Origin: Octopus vulgaris
Lineage: Eukaryota
Direction: 5' to 3'
NCBI GenBank assembly: GCA_951406725.2
Contig: OX597820.1
Coordinates: 42,160,001 to 42,224,000, forward strand
Length of the DNA: 64,000 nucleotides
In this document: positions 14,506 through 30,245 of the stretch, in pieces
How positions within the stretch are numbered: position 1 is the stretch's first letter
How the letters are laid out: the number at the start of each line of letters is the position of its first letter
The notes under the pieces: generated by a model
The model's input: only the letters and a program-made list of their open reading frames with translations
Told to the model about the DNA's origin: nothing
The model's database searches: none
Made by a program: the position numbers and the translations under genes

Positions 14506-15850
14506 TTCATTTTGATTACGGGTATAATTTTAATTCATTAAACATATTTTGTGCTCTCTAGAATTTTGTAAGCGATGAAACGTACTGGTTAATGGTTCCT
14601 TTGTCTCTCCTGTCCCGTGATTAGAATAAAAAGCACTTATCAATTTTATTGGGACAGAGTGAATTCGTCTCTCCATGAGCTGATATAGTTTCATAAAATG
14701 GTAATTTTTCTCTCGGTATATTATTTATTAGACCTCAAAGAATTGCATAACTGCAGACTATAGTGTGATTCATTGCACACTGTGCATGTGCTTTATCATA
14801 GAAAATTTTACCTAGTTGAATTCCCCACGTCATGCATTAACGCATTGTCGCAGTGATCTTGCACTTAGTTCATCATGCGAAAGGAATATGTGGCTAAATT
14901 TCATCAAGCGTTGTTAATTTGCCTAATTAATGAATACCTTTTCTTTGAATTCCTGGTTATACTCAGGAATATTCTAAAGTTATAACAAGATTTTCTTCAG
15001 AGATATAATGAAATGATGAGTCCAGATTTGTCACCAAATAAAAAAAGAAAGACCTAAAGGGTTCAGGAAATGATATTTAAAATTGAATAACTTAAAGAAC
15101 ATCACTAATGAAGGCGGTTCTTTGTACAGGACTAGCTAATGTGTGTTAGTGTCGAAAAATCTTTAACATCTCTCGATCTAGAGGCTAACACATTTCAGTT
15201 AGTTAAGTACATATTACTCAGCATAAGCTCAGACGAATACGTCTTTCACACAGGTATGCAGCAGGAGAACAATATTACTTTACAAGTGTGCTCGTCGACT
15301 CATGGATAGCAGTATTAGCGAATTATATTACAATAGTAGAACCGTTAACTTGATACATTTCAATGGAGTGAAACACGTTAACATTGAAACTTCAACTGAT
15401 ATGAATTCTCAAGACGGTCAGAATTAAAGTATATATATATATATATAAGTCATATAAAAGAAGGCAAATAGTTTTTATATTACTGTTCATTTCAAAAATG
15501 AAATCTAGGGTATGAAGAATTCACATTCATGCACAAAAGATTTACATACATCTATGCATATATGCATGTATATGTTTACATGTATCACGCACATAAAACC
15601 GGGACACACCTATATGTATACATACATACATACATACATACATACATACATAAATACGTACATGTGTGTGTGTGTGTGTGTGTGTCTTTTTTTCGTTTAC
15701 ATTCGACTGAAGGATTATTGAATACGTTTTCTAGAGTACGTTATATATATTTATATAAATTTAGCAAGAAGAGTGGAGAACTTGACTTTGGCCTGCTATC
15801 CTTTATGAATCTGTTACCACCCATGTTAAAATATTTTATTATGATTATAC

Positions 15851-16240
15851 AGGAGTGACTGTGAGGTAAGTAGCTTGCTTACCAGCCACATGGTACCGGG
15901 TTCAGTTCCACTGCGGAGCACCTTGGGTATGTGTCTTCTACTGTGCCCTCAGGCCGACCAAAACCTTGTGAGTGGATTTGTTAGACGGAAACTGAAAGAA
16001 TCCTGTCATATATATATATATATATATATATGAGTGTGTGTGTGTGTCTGTGTGTATACGTTTATGTGTCTATATTTGTCCCCCCAACATCGCTTGATAA
16101 CCGACGTTGGTGCCTCTACGTCCCCGTAAGCTAGCGGTTCGGCAAAAGACCCTGTAGAATAAGTACTTGGTTTACAAAGAATAAGTCCTGGGATCGATTT
16201 ACGCGACTTTCAAATGACTTGAACAGGTAAAAAAATAAAA
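15851..16240 (+). mobile_element. tRNA-derived SINE, family A (internal microsatellite)
   Basis: Head GGAGTGACTGTGAGGTAAGTAGCTTG...GGGTTCAGTTCC (A/B-box-like), body GCACCTTGGG...GACGGAAACTGAAAGAA, internal (TA)/(TG) tract, 3' part homologous to the other copies. Confidence 0.85.
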
Positions 16241-16257
16241 GGATAAAAAATATATAA

Positions 16258-16305
<48 letters not shown>

Positions 16306-16402
16306 ACACACGCGCGCACAAACACAGAGACACATACACACAGAGACACACACAGACACACACACAGACACACAGACACACACATACACACACACACACA
16401 CA

Positions 16403-16486
<84 letters not shown>

Positions 16487-16717
16487 TGTACATGTGTGTG
16501 TGTGAGTTTGTGTATAAATACATGAGAACGTAGCTGAATCAGAGCTACACACCTAAGTGCAAGTTATCTACTGGGCTGACAGTTTCTGTATTGTTTGACA
16601 TTCTTTCAATTGTCTGTCTGTCTGTTTCTTTCCCTCCGTTTATTATTTACCCTCCTCTCGATCAATCTCTCACTGGGTGTGTTCCTCTCTACATATACTG
16701 TATATTTTTGTAAATAC

Positions 16718-16791
<74 letters not shown>

Positions 16792-17433
16792 ATTTACACA
16801 AATATATGTATATACATATATATATATATATATGAATCTGTATATATTTATAGATGCTTACATGTTTGTTTCTGTGTGTGTTTATATGTGTTAGAGTATG
16901 TGTACGTGTGTAAAAGCCAGGTAAAGTCTGTGAAGGAAATACAGATCTAGTAGGGTCTCAAGACCAGGCTGTTCCATTGGATCAGTTCTGAGGGATAAAA
17001 TATGCTGAAAAACATATATACAGGGTACACGTAAAGCAATACAAACACACAGGTATACCCACAGCAGTGTAGAAGTATATGTGTAGGAGTGTGTTGCAGT
17101 GCGATGGTGCATAAGTGAGTGTTTGAATGAGTGTGTAGGTGTGTCTTTTTGCACGCAAGTGTGTGTGTGGGTGTAGGGAAAGCGTATGTGTTTGTGTGTG
17201 CATATGTGTGCCTGTGTGTATGAGTGATTGTGTGTGTGTTTTTGTTTGTCTTTGTTTGTGTATTCGTGTAGCGTACTGCTGGAGATTGCGAGGAAAAAAA
17301 GGCAGATAGTTAATTAATTAAACTTTAATAAGTGAATGAAAGGCTTACTATATACAGAAAATAGCATAACGTATTAAAGTAATATAATATACACTGACTT
17401 GGTTGTATGAAGCTGCATATATATATCTATATA

Positions 17434-17487
<54 letters not shown>

Positions 17488-17536
17488 TATATGTGCATAT
17501 ATATGCATACATATGTATATATATGTGCATATATGT

Positions 17537-17583
<47 letters not shown>

Positions 17584-17958
17584 TACATACACACACATAT
17601 ATATATACATACATACACACATACACACACATATATATACATACATACACACACACACACATATATTTATATAACAATATCTCCGATATGGGTATACGCA
17701 TACTAAGATTATATCCATTTATACATAGATTATACAAGACACATACTTTCACTCACACACACACACACTCGAACACAAATACACGCATACATGCATACAC
17801 ATTAGGGCAACGGAGCAAGTTTATATAGAATATCATATCTGTGTGTGAGCTTGTGTGTGATTGTGAGTGTGTGCGTGATTTTGCGTGAGTGTGCGTGATT
17901 GTGTGTGTGTGTGTATGAGCCCGTACTTGTGAATATTTGTATTTGTGTGTACGTATGG

Positions 17959-18014
<56 letters not shown>

Positions 18015-18018
18015 AATT

Positions 18019-18380
18019 GGCGCTCCGTCGTTTACGATGACGAGGGTTCCAGTTGATCCGATCAACAGAACAGCCTGCTCGTGAAATTAACGTGCAAGTG
18101 GTTGAGCAACTGGATGAGCCCGCCACAGACACGTGTACCCTTAACGTAGTTCTCGGGGAGATTCACCATGACAAACAGTGTGACAAGGGTGGCCTTTTGA
18201 AATACAGGTACAACAGAAACAGGTAGAAAGAGTGAGAGAATGTTGTGGTGAAAGAGTACACCAGGGTAGCCACCACGCACTGCCGGAGATCGTGGAGCTT
18301 TAGGTGTTTTAACAGTCACAACATCCGGTCTGGGAATTGAAACCGCGATCCTATGACGGCGAGTCTGCTGCACTAACAAC
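18019..18380 (-). mobile_element. tRNA-derived SINE, family C
   Basis: Minus-strand tRNA-like head GTTAGTGCAGCAGACTCGCCGTCATAGGATCGCGGTTTCAATTCCCAGACCGG. GC-richer ~360-bp island between (TA)n tracts, ending CAACTGGAACCCTCGTCATCGTAAACGACGGAGCGCC. Confidence 0.7.
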
Positions 18381-18429
18381 TATATATACATATAAGCACA
18401 TATATATAGACATATATACATCCATATAC

Positions 18430-18501
<72 letters not shown>

Positions 18502-18699
18502 GCATATGGATCAATATGTATATATATATATACACATATATATATTCAGAGAGAGAGGGAGTGAGGTTGAAGGGAGTGGTAGTGACAGAAAGTGTATATT
18601 TGAATATTTACATACGCACACCCATATGTATATATATGGGAATAATTCATCAGCCGCCACGATTATTTCATGTATATACATATATAAATATATACATAC

Positions 18700-18767
<68 letters not shown>

Positions 18768-18768
18768 G

Positions 18769-18824
<56 letters not shown>

Positions 18825-18825
18825 C

Positions 18826-18891
<66 letters not shown>

Positions 18892-18949
18892 GTATTTACA
18901 AAAAAAAAAATATATATATATATATATACATATATTTATTTATTCTCTC

Positions 18950-19185
18950 ACAGAGCCTAAGGATCTTGCACAAAATAGATGTAGGCGTTTTTAGATCAAA
19001 GCGGGACCTCTTCCTGTCAGGAGTCCCAGATGATCCTACATCACGGAAAGAGGTGCAAATGAGGGTAGCTATATGAAACTCCTTTCTTCACTAAGTGCCA
19101 GATATTGGAGGAGGCTCTCAGTAATAACATTGTAGCAAAACGGCGGTGCATCAGCATGGCTGCAGCTCTGAGTTGAAACTACAGA
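18950..19185 (+). mobile_element. 3' end of a CR1/L2-group LINE (decayed)
   Basis: Translates as [41 protein letters not shown], resembling the FKxxLDxFLxxVPDEP...NSL C-terminus of CR1/L2-group ORF2. Followed by the tail GGCGGTGCATCAGCATGGCTGCAGCTCTGAGTTGAAAC. Confidence 0.65.
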
Positions 19186-19261
19186 ATATATATATATATA
19201 TATTTATATATATATGTATCTGTATACAGATGCACACATATATATGGATTTATATACATAT

Positions 19262-19650
19262 AGCTGTCTCTGTGCTAACTTTTGGCCAATATTGTAGTAT
19301 GATATATAAAGCATGTCCCAAATACGTATGTGTGTATGTATATATATATATATATATAGATATATATATGTGTGTGTGTATGCGTGTGTATGTGTGTGTG
19401 TGTATAATATATAATATATTATATTATATCAATATTAATATATACATATATTTGTATAAACATACTCATATATATTAATATATATATATATATGTATGTA
19501 TATATGAATATTAATATAATATAATATATTATATGTTATACACACACACAGACACATACATAATATGTATACATGCCCACACATACATATTTGAGACATG
19601 CTTTATATATCATACTACAATATGGGCCAAAAGTTAGCACAGAGGCGGCT
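19262..19650. repeat. Long imperfect inverted repeat
   Basis: 19262-19335 (CTCTGTGCTAACTTTTGGCCAATATTGTAGTATGATATATAAAGCATGTC) is the near-perfect reverse complement of 19578-19650. Inner ATAATATATTATATTATAT tracts are also inverted. Confidence 0.88.
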
Positions 19651-20270
19651 TGGCACAGATGGAGAGAAATGAATTGCCTGAAGGTGTTCAAATCTTTGTA
19701 ATTTCCTGTTGACAACTGACGAAGGGATTGTCCCGCAGTTCCATTTGTATGTAAAATAATAAAGGAAAATATAACTACATCTTCATATACATACAAGTAC
19801 ATAATATAACACACATGCCCACATTCATACACACACACATACATACAGAGAGGGGGTAAGGGAAAGAATACGTGCATGCACATATTCAAACATGCCTACA
19901 TGTATACATACAAAGAGATTTATATAAATACTTTCAGTTTCATATATACATATGTGGGGATATATATATATATATATATATATAAATGTATGTTAGTTTG
20001 TATATATATATATGTGTATGTGTATATAAATCTTATTTGATATATATATATATATATATACGCTTAATGATATGCATTATATGTATATGTATGTGTGTGT
20101 GCATGAGTGCACATATGCATATATACAAGTGTGATAAAATGTGATATATATACATGCATAACTACATGCATATACATACATATATATATATATATGTACA
20201 TGTATAATTGTATATATATATATATATATACATGTATAAATTGTATATATATATGTACATGTATAAATTG

Positions 20271-20308
<38 letters not shown>

Positions 20309-20959
20309 GATAATTTTTTTCGAAAAAAGTTTATCAATGGCTAGCATATTAGAAAATACCTTTAAAGGTTAAATTTATAAACAACTTATAAACAAGGGCA
20401 AAAGTTATATATATATATAATGTAACGATAGCCTTCACTTTTCAGTGAATATGTCTCTGCAACCTGTTGCATTCTTCCACTATTTTGTGTGTCTACGCAT
20501 AGACATCCTCTCGGCCCTCCCACTCTTGACTGTGTGAATTATCGAGAATGTAAAATAAAGAAAATGTGAGGCTGTCACAGGATTCAGCTTGTACTTATTC
20601 TGAGTATACTGTCTGAACGTGCACTTTCATGCCTTGCTCAAAGATCGAATTCCACTCCTGGTCCAGGAATCGAATCAATGACCTTGTAGCCGCGCACACA
20701 TCATTCATATGCAAACACTTACATCTCTTACTATTTCTCTCTCACTCACTTTTTCTCTTTCTTACTCTCACTCTTTTTCTCCCTCCCTCCCTCTCTCCCA
20801 CTCTTTCTCTCCCTATCTCTCTCTCTCTCTCTCTCTGATTCTGTATATACCTACATGTCTGTGTGTTTCCAAGCATATATTTATATTTATAATAATTCCC
20901 ACATACACACTCACACTCACACATACGCATGCACACACACATACACGCACGTATACACT

Positions 20960-20990
<31 letters not shown>

Positions 20991-21746
20991 TCATATATAT
21001 ATATATATATATTTATATACATACACACAGACACACATATACATTCATACACACACACATATATGTATATTTATAAAGGTGTATATGTGTCTATGCATTT
21101 CTAGTCATTATTTCTTTACATGTCTACGTGTATTAAACACACCCACATTAACATACGAACAAAGAGAATGAACGAGAGAGTAAGGGACTGATGCAGAAAG
21201 AGAGATGGGTCACAGCTAGAGAATGATTGAGAAGAAAGTAATCAGATGTAACAGTCTAAATCATGAACTCCATTTTTATGTATGTAGTTTTTGAATGTCA
21301 CGGATGTGAAAGGTAGAGGTCGTGATTGAAAATCGTGTTGTGGACTTGGTAGAAATCAGGTTGTCGTGGTTAAGTCTTACGTGGATGATGTATATTACAA
21401 TAGATATACACCAAGAATTTTGGTTAAAAAAATTCCGATTTGAAAATCTGTATCATATATATTTATGATTGAATTTGTTGTTTTAGAAAATTCTCCAGGT
21501 ACTAAAATAGCATCTAGGGGCCAGGGGAGATTGACAGGGAAATTTTCCTAAAATCTCACTCTAAAATGAAAAAAAGGAGGTAGATAGTATTCAAGAATAT
21601 AATCAATATTAGACGTAATTGGAAGACTGGGACAAATTTTGATAAAAGATCTGATCGCAAAGGGTTGATCAAGGCAACGTTATTCTTTGTATAGGAGGTC
21701 CTACATTGCGAAGAGATAGACAAATGTGATCAGATTTATTAATAAT

Positions 21747-21817
<71 letters not shown>

Positions 21818-22166
21818 TTCACTAACGTCTATCAACTATTTGTGTCTCACTCTCACTTTGTCACTTTTAACTTGAAGCACACACACACACACAAACAAAC
21901 ACACACACACACACACACACAAACACACGCACAAACGCATGCACGCACACACACACATACACACACATTCAAGAATTACAATTGTTGTGGGCTGGAATCT
22001 ACAGATATTTTTTGAAATGATACATTTGAAGATCAACAATAGATGCACCATAATATCCATTTTGCAAAACAATATAAATATAAAGGCTCATAATTAGTAA
22101 ACTGAATGCCTAGTTAAATAGATGTTTATAAATGACCACTGTGTACTTATCTCTCTCTCCCTCCCC

Positions 22167-22232
<66 letters not shown>

Positions 22233-22480
22233 ATATATATACATTACTCCACAGATACTGTATACTTATACATATACTGATACTTACAAATGGAAGCCAA
22301 ATGTGTAGAAAGGAAACCCTTCATATTCAAGACGACATAAAAAATAAAGCTTTAAAAATATATTGGGGATGAACCAATATATACAAATGAATAAGTATTT
22401 CATGAGTAAGAATTCTGAAATTCTGTAAACATTATGGATATTACTTTGTATCTGTGTGTGTGCGAGAATGGGAGAGTACA

Positions 22481-22587
<107 letters not shown>

Positions 22588-22724
22588 ACACAACTGTGCA
22601 TTGTGTTGTATGCATTTTACAAATGCAGAAAAGTTATATTTCAACATTAACACATCAAGTCACACACACGGGCAAAGTATACCAGCTGGTATAGGGATAC
22701 AAAGACACTCACACACACACATAT

Positions 22725-22880
22725 ATACGACGGGCTTCTTTCAGTTTCTGTCTACGGACTAAAGTCACAAGGCTGTGGTCGGACTAGAGCCATAGTACAA
22801 GACACTTGTAATACGAGCCACGCAGTGAGACTGTGGTTGGAAAGCAATGTTCTTAACACTTAACACACAGCCACTCCTGC
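22725..22880 (-). mobile_element. SINE family A, partial 5' half
   Basis: CGACGGGCTTCTTTCAGTTTC...CACACAGCCACTCCTGC matches the 5' half of the 51485-51932 copy. Confidence 0.75.
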
Positions 22881-22891
22881 CCATATGTATA

Positions 22892-22966
<75 letters not shown>

Positions 22967-23607
22967 ACATGTACATATGCATATATACATAGATGCATAT
23001 ACATATGTATGTATATAGTCATGCGTATATGTGTAAGCATATTTGTATATACATCAATATATATTATAGATACACACGCACACTCACGCACACACACAGA
23101 TATATATATATATACGTACATACATACATATTTATACACATACATATAGGTGTACGGCCGTCGTATATAATATATATATACACATATACTCATGCGGTTC
23201 TATCAAACGCATACCGAAGAGATATTTGAAAATATGAGGGAAATAATTAGGACGTTGATATATGTATGAATCATTTATTAAGGGGCTAAGTCAGAATTGA
23301 TATATATCCTAAAACGTGTATCAACGAGTGGATAAAATAAATCTGTATTCTAGTTCTGACAGTCCATACACACAATTTATACATATATAAATATATATGA
23401 ATAAACGTATATATACACATACACACGCATATATATACATGTATATTTATGTATATATATATATATATATATTTATATATGTCTGTATATATACATCTAT
23501 ATATATATATATATGTGTATATATATATACACATAAATGCATATATGTATATATATATATATGTATGTGTAAATATATACATATTTATGTGTATATAAAT
23601 AGATATA

Positions 23608-23667
<60 letters not shown>

Positions 23668-24575
23668 TGTGTGTGTTTACACTATATTTATGCAGAATAA
23701 TCTTTGTACATATATATATTTATTTATATAAATATAATTTAAATATAAATTTCCTGGTTTCTTGGATTATGACAGATCGCATTTACTGGCGGGACGTCCG
23801 CCTAGGTTGAGATATTAAAGTGTTAGGTATAGGCATATCCACACATATATATATCTTTATATGTTTATAAATAAATATATATAATATGTAATGGACATAT
23901 ATGAAATATGCAAGAGAGGGAGACACATATACACGGTGTGAGACAGAGAAAAGATACAGACAGAGAGAGGGAGATATAGATATAGATAGACACACATTGT
24001 TATATAGATATAGATTTGCATACATACACATATATAAGCACATTAACAACCCAACATTATTATTTGAAAAAAATGTGTCTGGTGGGGTGTATGTGTTTAT
24101 ATGCATGCGTGCGTATGCGCTTATCTGTCTGTGTATAGTTGTGTGTGTAGGTGTGGTTGTGTATGTGTGTGTTTGTATGTGTGAGTGAGCCTATGTCTAC
24201 ATGTGAAGTGATACATAGGACACATCAATTATGAAACTAACACTGAAGAATTTTCTAAACGTACACAAGGGGACAGACACACATGCAGAGATATATATTT
24301 AGCAGAGTATCTATCTATGCATTTATGTATATGAATTGAATTTGGAGTTTCGTTTGTGTGTTTGTAGGTATATTTTCTAGTAACGCCAACTACAAAGTTT
24401 CTCGCAAAAATTGTTGTCAATATGCTAGATATATTCTTAGGATTTTGAATGAACTTTAGCCGTTAGCAGCTCCTCCCATATTTGAAACAAGTAAACACTC
24501 AAAATGAAATTGCTGGAAATATTTATTTACTTCAAAACATGAGATATGAATCCAGACGTTGCTATAAATATTTAC

Positions 24576-24672
<97 letters not shown>

Positions 24673-24748
24673 TACTATATATATATATATATATGTACAT
24701 ATATATGTATATATATATATATATCTGTGTGTATATATATATATATGC

Positions 24749-24801
<53 letters not shown>

Positions 24802-25009
24802 TACATATATGTATATATGCTTAAATATGTATATTGTATATTGGGCTATGTGGTTTAGAACCTCGCTTTCTGAACGTGCTTTCGAGTTCAGTCCCGTCAC
24901 GCGGCGAGTGTCTACTGATGGAGTTCCAAGTATACGACTACTATGCGAGTCAACTTTATAGATAGAAAACGCATTGTATATATGGCTGTGTGCATACACA
25001 CACACATAC

Positions 25010-25111
<102 letters not shown>

Positions 25112-25161
25112 TATACATACATATATCAATATGTATTATATATACATATGAATAAGTATAG

Positions 25162-25372
25162 GGTTCAAGAAGTCTTTGGACAGATTCCTTCAAGAAATCC
25201 CGGATAAACCCCCTACACCCGGATATGTCTCTGTAAACAATAACTCCCTACTTGAGTGGGCCATAGTGCCCAAATTCTGACTTGAAAGACTTCACCAGGC
25301 GGTGCTATTAAGTTAGACATGGCCTGGGCCAATAATGGCCGAAACCTATCAAAGTATCAAAGTATCAAAGTA
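25162..25372 (+). mobile_element. 5'-truncated 3' end of a CR1/L2-group LINE with 8-bp terminal tandem repeat
   Basis: Translates as [38 protein letters not shown]. The 3'UTR carries GGCGGTGC...CATGGCC...GGCCGAAAC and ends in (ATCAAAGT)x3; short terminal tandem repeats are typical of CR1/L2 LINEs. Confidence 0.75.
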
Positions 25373-25745
25373 TATATATATGCTTACATATATATGTATA
25401 TATTTGTATTTATTTGTGTTCGTTTTTTGTCACAGCACCCCGATTGCCTAAAAATATGTTGTGTTGGTTTAACGATGAACGTTACCGACTAAATAGTTGT
25501 GTACTGGGTCGATTTGTTCGACTAAATACACCATGGTTGCGTCCCAGAATTCATGCCGTCCGATGACTGAAAGAAGCAAAGTATAAATGATATACATATT
25601 TATATATATATATATGCGCACACACAAACATACACACAAGCGCGTACACACAAACACGCACTCAGACATCCACAACACACACACACACACGCATAAATAT
25701 ATGTGTATGTGTGTGTGTGTGTATGTGTGTGTGTATGTGTGTGTG

Positions 25746-25780
<35 letters not shown>

Positions 25781-26111
25781 ATAATTTCCGCTCCAGTTAT
25801 CTCCTTGTTACACACGCCAAGCATTTCTGGCACTGTTTGGGTATGTGAAGTGTACGTATTTGTTTCTTTACGTGTGTGCTTGTGAGGCCCGCGTGCGCAT
25901 ACTTGATCGTGCAAATGATTGTGGGTGTCAGTGCAGATTTTAGTGTGTATATATGCATATTTATGCGTAATGCTCATTTGTTAAGTGGAATACTTCTGCA
26001 CGTTTATTTATAAACGTATATGTGTTTATAGATGGCAATTGTGAGAATAGGGTAACATACATACACGTGTAAAAATTTACAGACACTCGCATCTATCTAT
26101 CTATCTATCTG

Positions 26112-26184
<73 letters not shown>

Positions 26185-26689
26185 TCACAAGCACTCGCAC
26201 AAACATACACACGCACACACAATGTATATATAATATATATGTATATTAATTTAAATATGTATATATATATGATATATATGTATATAAATATATATATTTA
26301 CATATATATATATTTATATACGTATATATATATGTATATTTATATATATATATATATATATATGCATATATATATATATATATATAAATGTATATATATA
26401 TGTATATATTGATATGTATATATATATATTTATATATATATACTTATATGTATGTGCGTTGGGCGTGACTGTGTATACATACGTATATTCGTCTGTCTAA
26501 ATACATTAATATACAACAGTGTAAGCATGTGTATGCGTGTGTGTGTGTGTTGACATTTATATACAGAAAGAGCGAAGGAGCTAGAGAGATACACACGGAG
26601 ATTACAAAGAATATACACAGACATGTGTATATATATCTATACAAATATATGTATGTATATATATATATATATATCTATACAAATATATG

Positions 26690-26735
<46 letters not shown>

Positions 26736-26760
26736 TGTATATGTATATTATATATATACG

Positions 26761-26816
<56 letters not shown>

Positions 26817-27157
26817 TGTGCGTGTGTGTATTTATATGCATATATATATATATACACATATAACTGAAGTTATGAAAGTGTGTGCGCGTGTGCATGAGTC
26901 TGTATAGTGGATGTGTATCCGTTAGTTATGATAACATGTCAATGAACAATATTCCTTAATGTGAAGCAAAGAAAAAATGTTTTGTTTATATTTTCTATAA
27001 GGTAATATCATCGAAAACTTGCTCAATTTTCTAGGTTTCTGTCTCTATTTAAAATTTAACGAAGTTCAATTATAGAATGTGTATATATATATATACGCAA
27101 TAAAAGGGGTGTATAAACTAATGCGTATATGCCTATATCTACTTCTATATACAAGCA

Positions 27158-27202
<45 letters not shown>

Positions 27203-27510
27203 AAATATGTAGAAAAATACAAACTGGGACAAGAACGTAAGACATTCAGAAGACGATACAAAAAACACGGATGGGACGTTCGAAGCCCTCAATCTTCAGT
27301 CAAGAACCGATTCATCCTAGCAATTTCTAGTTTGTATGAATATTTATGATTTGATACACACTCACACGCAAGCGCACTCACACACAGGCACAAAGGCACA
27401 CAGCCATATATGTCTCTATGTATGCATATATGTATAAAAAAATTAATATCGGTGTGCACAGCGAACCCTCCTACACCTATATATATATTTGCGCAAATAG
27501 AGACGTGTTT

Positions 27511-27696
<186 letters not shown>

Positions 27697-27779
27697 CTTA
27701 TGTATGTACATAAGTATTTATGAATGTATATATATATATACATATATGTAAGTATGTATATACGTACATACATACATAC

Positions 27780-27812
<33 letters not shown>

Positions 27813-28120
27813 AATTTGTATACAAGTATATTATGAAATGTATATGAATATTTCCTTTTAGCTATGGTTGAATCCCGAAATCTCCAGGGTAAGCCGGTTC
27901 AATATTGTTTTGACATTGACCAACACCCTTTATATGCTATATAATGAATGCAGTTTGTAAACTACTTACATACACATATACATGAATACATGCATGAATA
28001 TATCCATTGTTGAATGCGAATATGCATTCAGTATATTCTGGGCCGTGTGTGATTGAACATCGATATGGAAATGTTCATTTTCGCGTACTGTCCCCTCACC
28101 CCTGCATATACATGATGTAC

Positions 28121-28205
<85 letters not shown>

Positions 28206-28213
28206 CGTGTATT

Positions 28214-28253
<40 letters not shown>

Positions 28254-28279
28254 TGCATATATATATATATATACATATA

Positions 28280-28321
<42 letters not shown>

Positions 28322-28347
28322 TATATAGATAGATAGATAGATATGTT

Positions 28348-28417
<70 letters not shown>

Positions 28418-28420
28418 GAG

Positions 28421-28487
<67 letters not shown>

Positions 28488-29461
28488 GAGATAGATGATA
28501 GTTAGATAGATAGGTAGATAGAAATACACACACACATATATACATATATCCTATGGAGAGCCAGACCTCAAGCATTTTGTTCTCCACGCACAAAAACGAG
28601 TAAAAGTTTATCCACAGGTACAGTCATACACGTTACACATATATACATCAACTAATGCAAGTAACCACAACTCCAAAGTTCTGTCTGAACTTGAAGTATA
28701 GAAAGCGCCCACTTTGCTAGAGCCCAGCTGGCTTTCACAAGCACGAAAAAACTCAGTATATCCTAGGATATAGAGACGCTGAAATCTAGATGCGTATGTG
28801 TCTGTGTGTCTGCGTGTCTGCATAGTTAGAGATACACTTGTTTTATATACATATAAAGGAACTTATCCAAATATAATATCATACATACACATGCATATAT
28901 AAACATATTCATATATTTATATTATGCACAAATATGCATTTATATGAATGTGTGTATATATATAATGGAGATAAAATTGATAACTGACATACATCATATA
29001 TATATATATATATATACATCCATAAAATCTAATAACTATAAATAATTATCTAACCACTCCTATGTCTTGACCACCCTCTCTTTTCCTCTGCTTCTTACTA
29101 AATTATAGTAGGCTTAAAAAGATATACATTATTTTCTAAGTTCATTCTGCCACAAATATATCATAAGAAAGGAATGTAATTATTTAGGTTTCTATAATTG
29201 ATAAAAAGATGTTTAAAATACTTTACCCTTTATGTTGGAAATCTATATGATGATCTATTTCTAGGGAGAGCGGTTTCTTTCAAATTGATGTAATCTTTTC
29301 AGGGATCGAGTAAATGGAGCCGTTCGAAACGGCCGTAATGTATGAGTACCTGCCACCCTTGTTAGTTATTTACATTCTATACATATATACATGTATATGT
29401 ATATATATATATAAAGAGGGAGAGAAAGATATTTACATACACACACACACACACACACACA

Positions 29462-29518
<57 letters not shown>

Positions 29519-29604
29519 AGAATAAGAACACAAATGCAAAACAAGGTGGAACAGATAGTACTCCAATACCAGAGGTGGATTAATATGCTTTATTAAAAAC
29601 CAGC

Positions 29605-29648
29605 AAACCGTCTGACGAACGGTAATATGAATATTTGAGTAATAGTTT
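29605..29648 (+). ncRNA. Degenerate type I hammerhead-ribozyme-like motif, probably a Penelope-like element remnant
   Basis: AAACCGT-CTGACGA-ACGGTAATAT-GAAT-ATTTGAG-TA-ATAGTTT: intact CUGANGA box and helix I arms. The GAAA box reads GAAT and helices II and III are imperfect. Confidence 0.4.
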
Positions 29649-29674
29649 ATGTGATATTTTTGCTACTTTTTTAG

Positions 29675-29716
<42 letters not shown>

Positions 29717-29840
29717 TATATATATACATACATATATAAAAATATATGTATGTATATATATATATATACATACCTATACATATATATATATATATAGGTA
29801 TGTATGTATATGTATATGTATATATATATGCATAGATATG

Positions 29841-29884
<44 letters not shown>

Positions 29885-30016
29885 TGCTTATACATATGTG
29901 TATATGTATATATATTAATACCTATATATCATATCTGTCTTCCCATCTATTGATCTATCAATCTATCTATTTATCTATCTATATATTTATATATATATTT
30001 ATATGTATATAGATAT

Positions 30017-30051
<35 letters not shown>

Positions 30052-30054
30052 ATG

Positions 30055-30088
<34 letters not shown>

Positions 30089-30099
30089 TACATATGTAT

Positions 30100-30184
<85 letters not shown>

Positions 30185-30194
30185 TATGTATGTA

Positions 30195-30244
<50 letters not shown>

Positions 30245-30245
<1 letters not shown>

